Assembly (NCBI GenBank): GCA_030770535.1
Contig: JASVEC010000015.1
Coordinates: forward strand, 682,001-746,000
Length of the DNA: 64,000 nt
Direction: 5' to 3'
DNA from: Batkoa obscura
Taxonomy: Eukaryota
Shown: piece by piece, positions 62,984-64,000 of the stretch
Position numbering within the stretch: position 1 is the stretch's first letter
Layout of the letters: every line of letters begins with the position of its first letter
Made by a program: the position numbers and the translations under genes
The notes under the pieces: generated by a model
Databases searched by the model: none
The model's input: only the letters and a program-made list of their open reading frames with translations
Told to the model about the DNA's origin: nothing

Positions 62984-63721
62984 ATGTACTCACGCAATAT
63001 TATTAAACTTATCCCAAAAACCCAAACCTTTGTTTCTGTTGGCTCCCCTTCAATTAACCTTATAAAAAATAGAAGCCTACACACTACCCTCTATTCCCTT
63101 AAGGAGAGACGTGATTCTGATTTAAATAGTACTGTAAATGATGCTAAACATAAGGCCAATGAATTGAAACATAAAGCTCAAAGCAAAGCTGAAGAAGTTA
63201 CTAATACCGCTAATAAGAAGGCTGATCAATTAAAAAGAGAAGCCAATCAAGTAGCAGGCGAAACAAGAGAGGAAGCAAAGGGGATTGCAAATGATGCATC
63301 TGATAGAGCTAAGGAGGCTAAAGATAATATCGTCAATAAAGCTAACAACTTGGCAGGAACCGCTGCTGATAAGACTCATGAAGCTAAGGAGAACTTAAAG
63401 GAAAAGGCCAATCAAACTGTTGAAAATACCAAAACAACCCTTGGTGACTTCACTGATGCCGCTAAGGAAGTTACTCAAAATGTAGCAGGTGCTGTTAAAG
63501 AAAAGGTAGAGAAGATTTATGAATCAGCACAAGAAGCTATCGGTACTGCTGCCTCCAAACTCAAGGAGAATACTAACATTTCTAACGAAACCATTGATAA
63601 GGCTGCTAATAAAGCATCTAATAAAGCTCATGATCTTAAAACGGACGCTAAGAACAAGGCCGATCATACCAAAGATAAAACCAAGTCAAATATCAATGAG
63701 AAGAGTAACAAATTAAAATAG
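62984..63721 (+). CDS. LEA-like hydrophilin with putative mitochondrial presequence
   Basis: Acid-free, R/K/S-rich N-terminus ending RSLHTT; the rest is A/K/E/N/T-rich with ~11-residue periodicity and no Cys or Trp. Confidence 0.8.
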   Translation: MYSRNIIKLIPKTQTFVSVGSPSINLIKNRSLHTTLYSLKERRDSDLNSTVNDAKHKANELKHKAQSKAEEVTNTANKKADQLKREANQVAGETREEAKGIANDASDRAKEAKDNIVNKANNLAGTAADKTHEAKENLKEKANQTVENTKTTLGDFTDAAKEVTQNVAGAVKEKVEKIYESAQEAIGTAASKLKENTNISNETIDKAANKASNKAHDLKTDAKNKADHTKDKTKSNINEKSNKLK

Positions 63722-64000
63722 GTTGATGGCTTGGTAAAGTAATAGTAAATCAATATTTATTATCCAATAGTTGGGTATTACTTTATATAATAAAATAAAT
63801 GGTAATATACACTTAAACTTCAGTATAATGGGCTTTGAAATTTGATTTATTTTATATACTTCTTAACGTGTTATAGATTTTTTATTTCGTATCAACATTA
63901 GGAACTCGAAGCTTCACAACCATTGCGCCTGCCAATCTTGGAGGTAATATTTATCCTTATTATTTAAAGGGGTATAAACAGTTCAAGCTTGTTTTATGAA

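Overview
Very AT-rich eukaryotic nuclear DNA with short (~45-60 nt) GT-AG introns and fungal-type genes. An early-diverging lineage such as Entomophthorales/Zoopagomycota is my inference, not something the sequence shows. Recognisable genes: secreted class 3 lipase, two inverted HSDL2-like SDR copies, class V myosin-chitin synthase, FIS1, a NuiA-like nuclease-inhibitor protein with a mitochondrial-type leader, two convergent 3'-overlapping Zn2Cys6-less fungal transcription-factor-like paralogues, an F-box/LRR gene with two decayed relatives, CBC2/CBP20, an F-BAR-SH3 protein, SFC1 carrier, a CipC-like protein with prion-like repeats, a Spc19-like fusion protein, TRM10, two tandem P450s, a pseudokinase-Sel1 protein, tRNA-Arg(UCU) and a LEA-like protein. 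Pseudogenes of a LigE-type GST and an Och1-type GT32 are present. A ~99-bp MITE (GGGGATGT...ACATCCCC, 4-bp mostly AWWT target duplications, Sola-like) occurs 17 times, plus one older copy interrupted by a nested insertion. Family assignments rest on motif recognition from memory; no searches were run.
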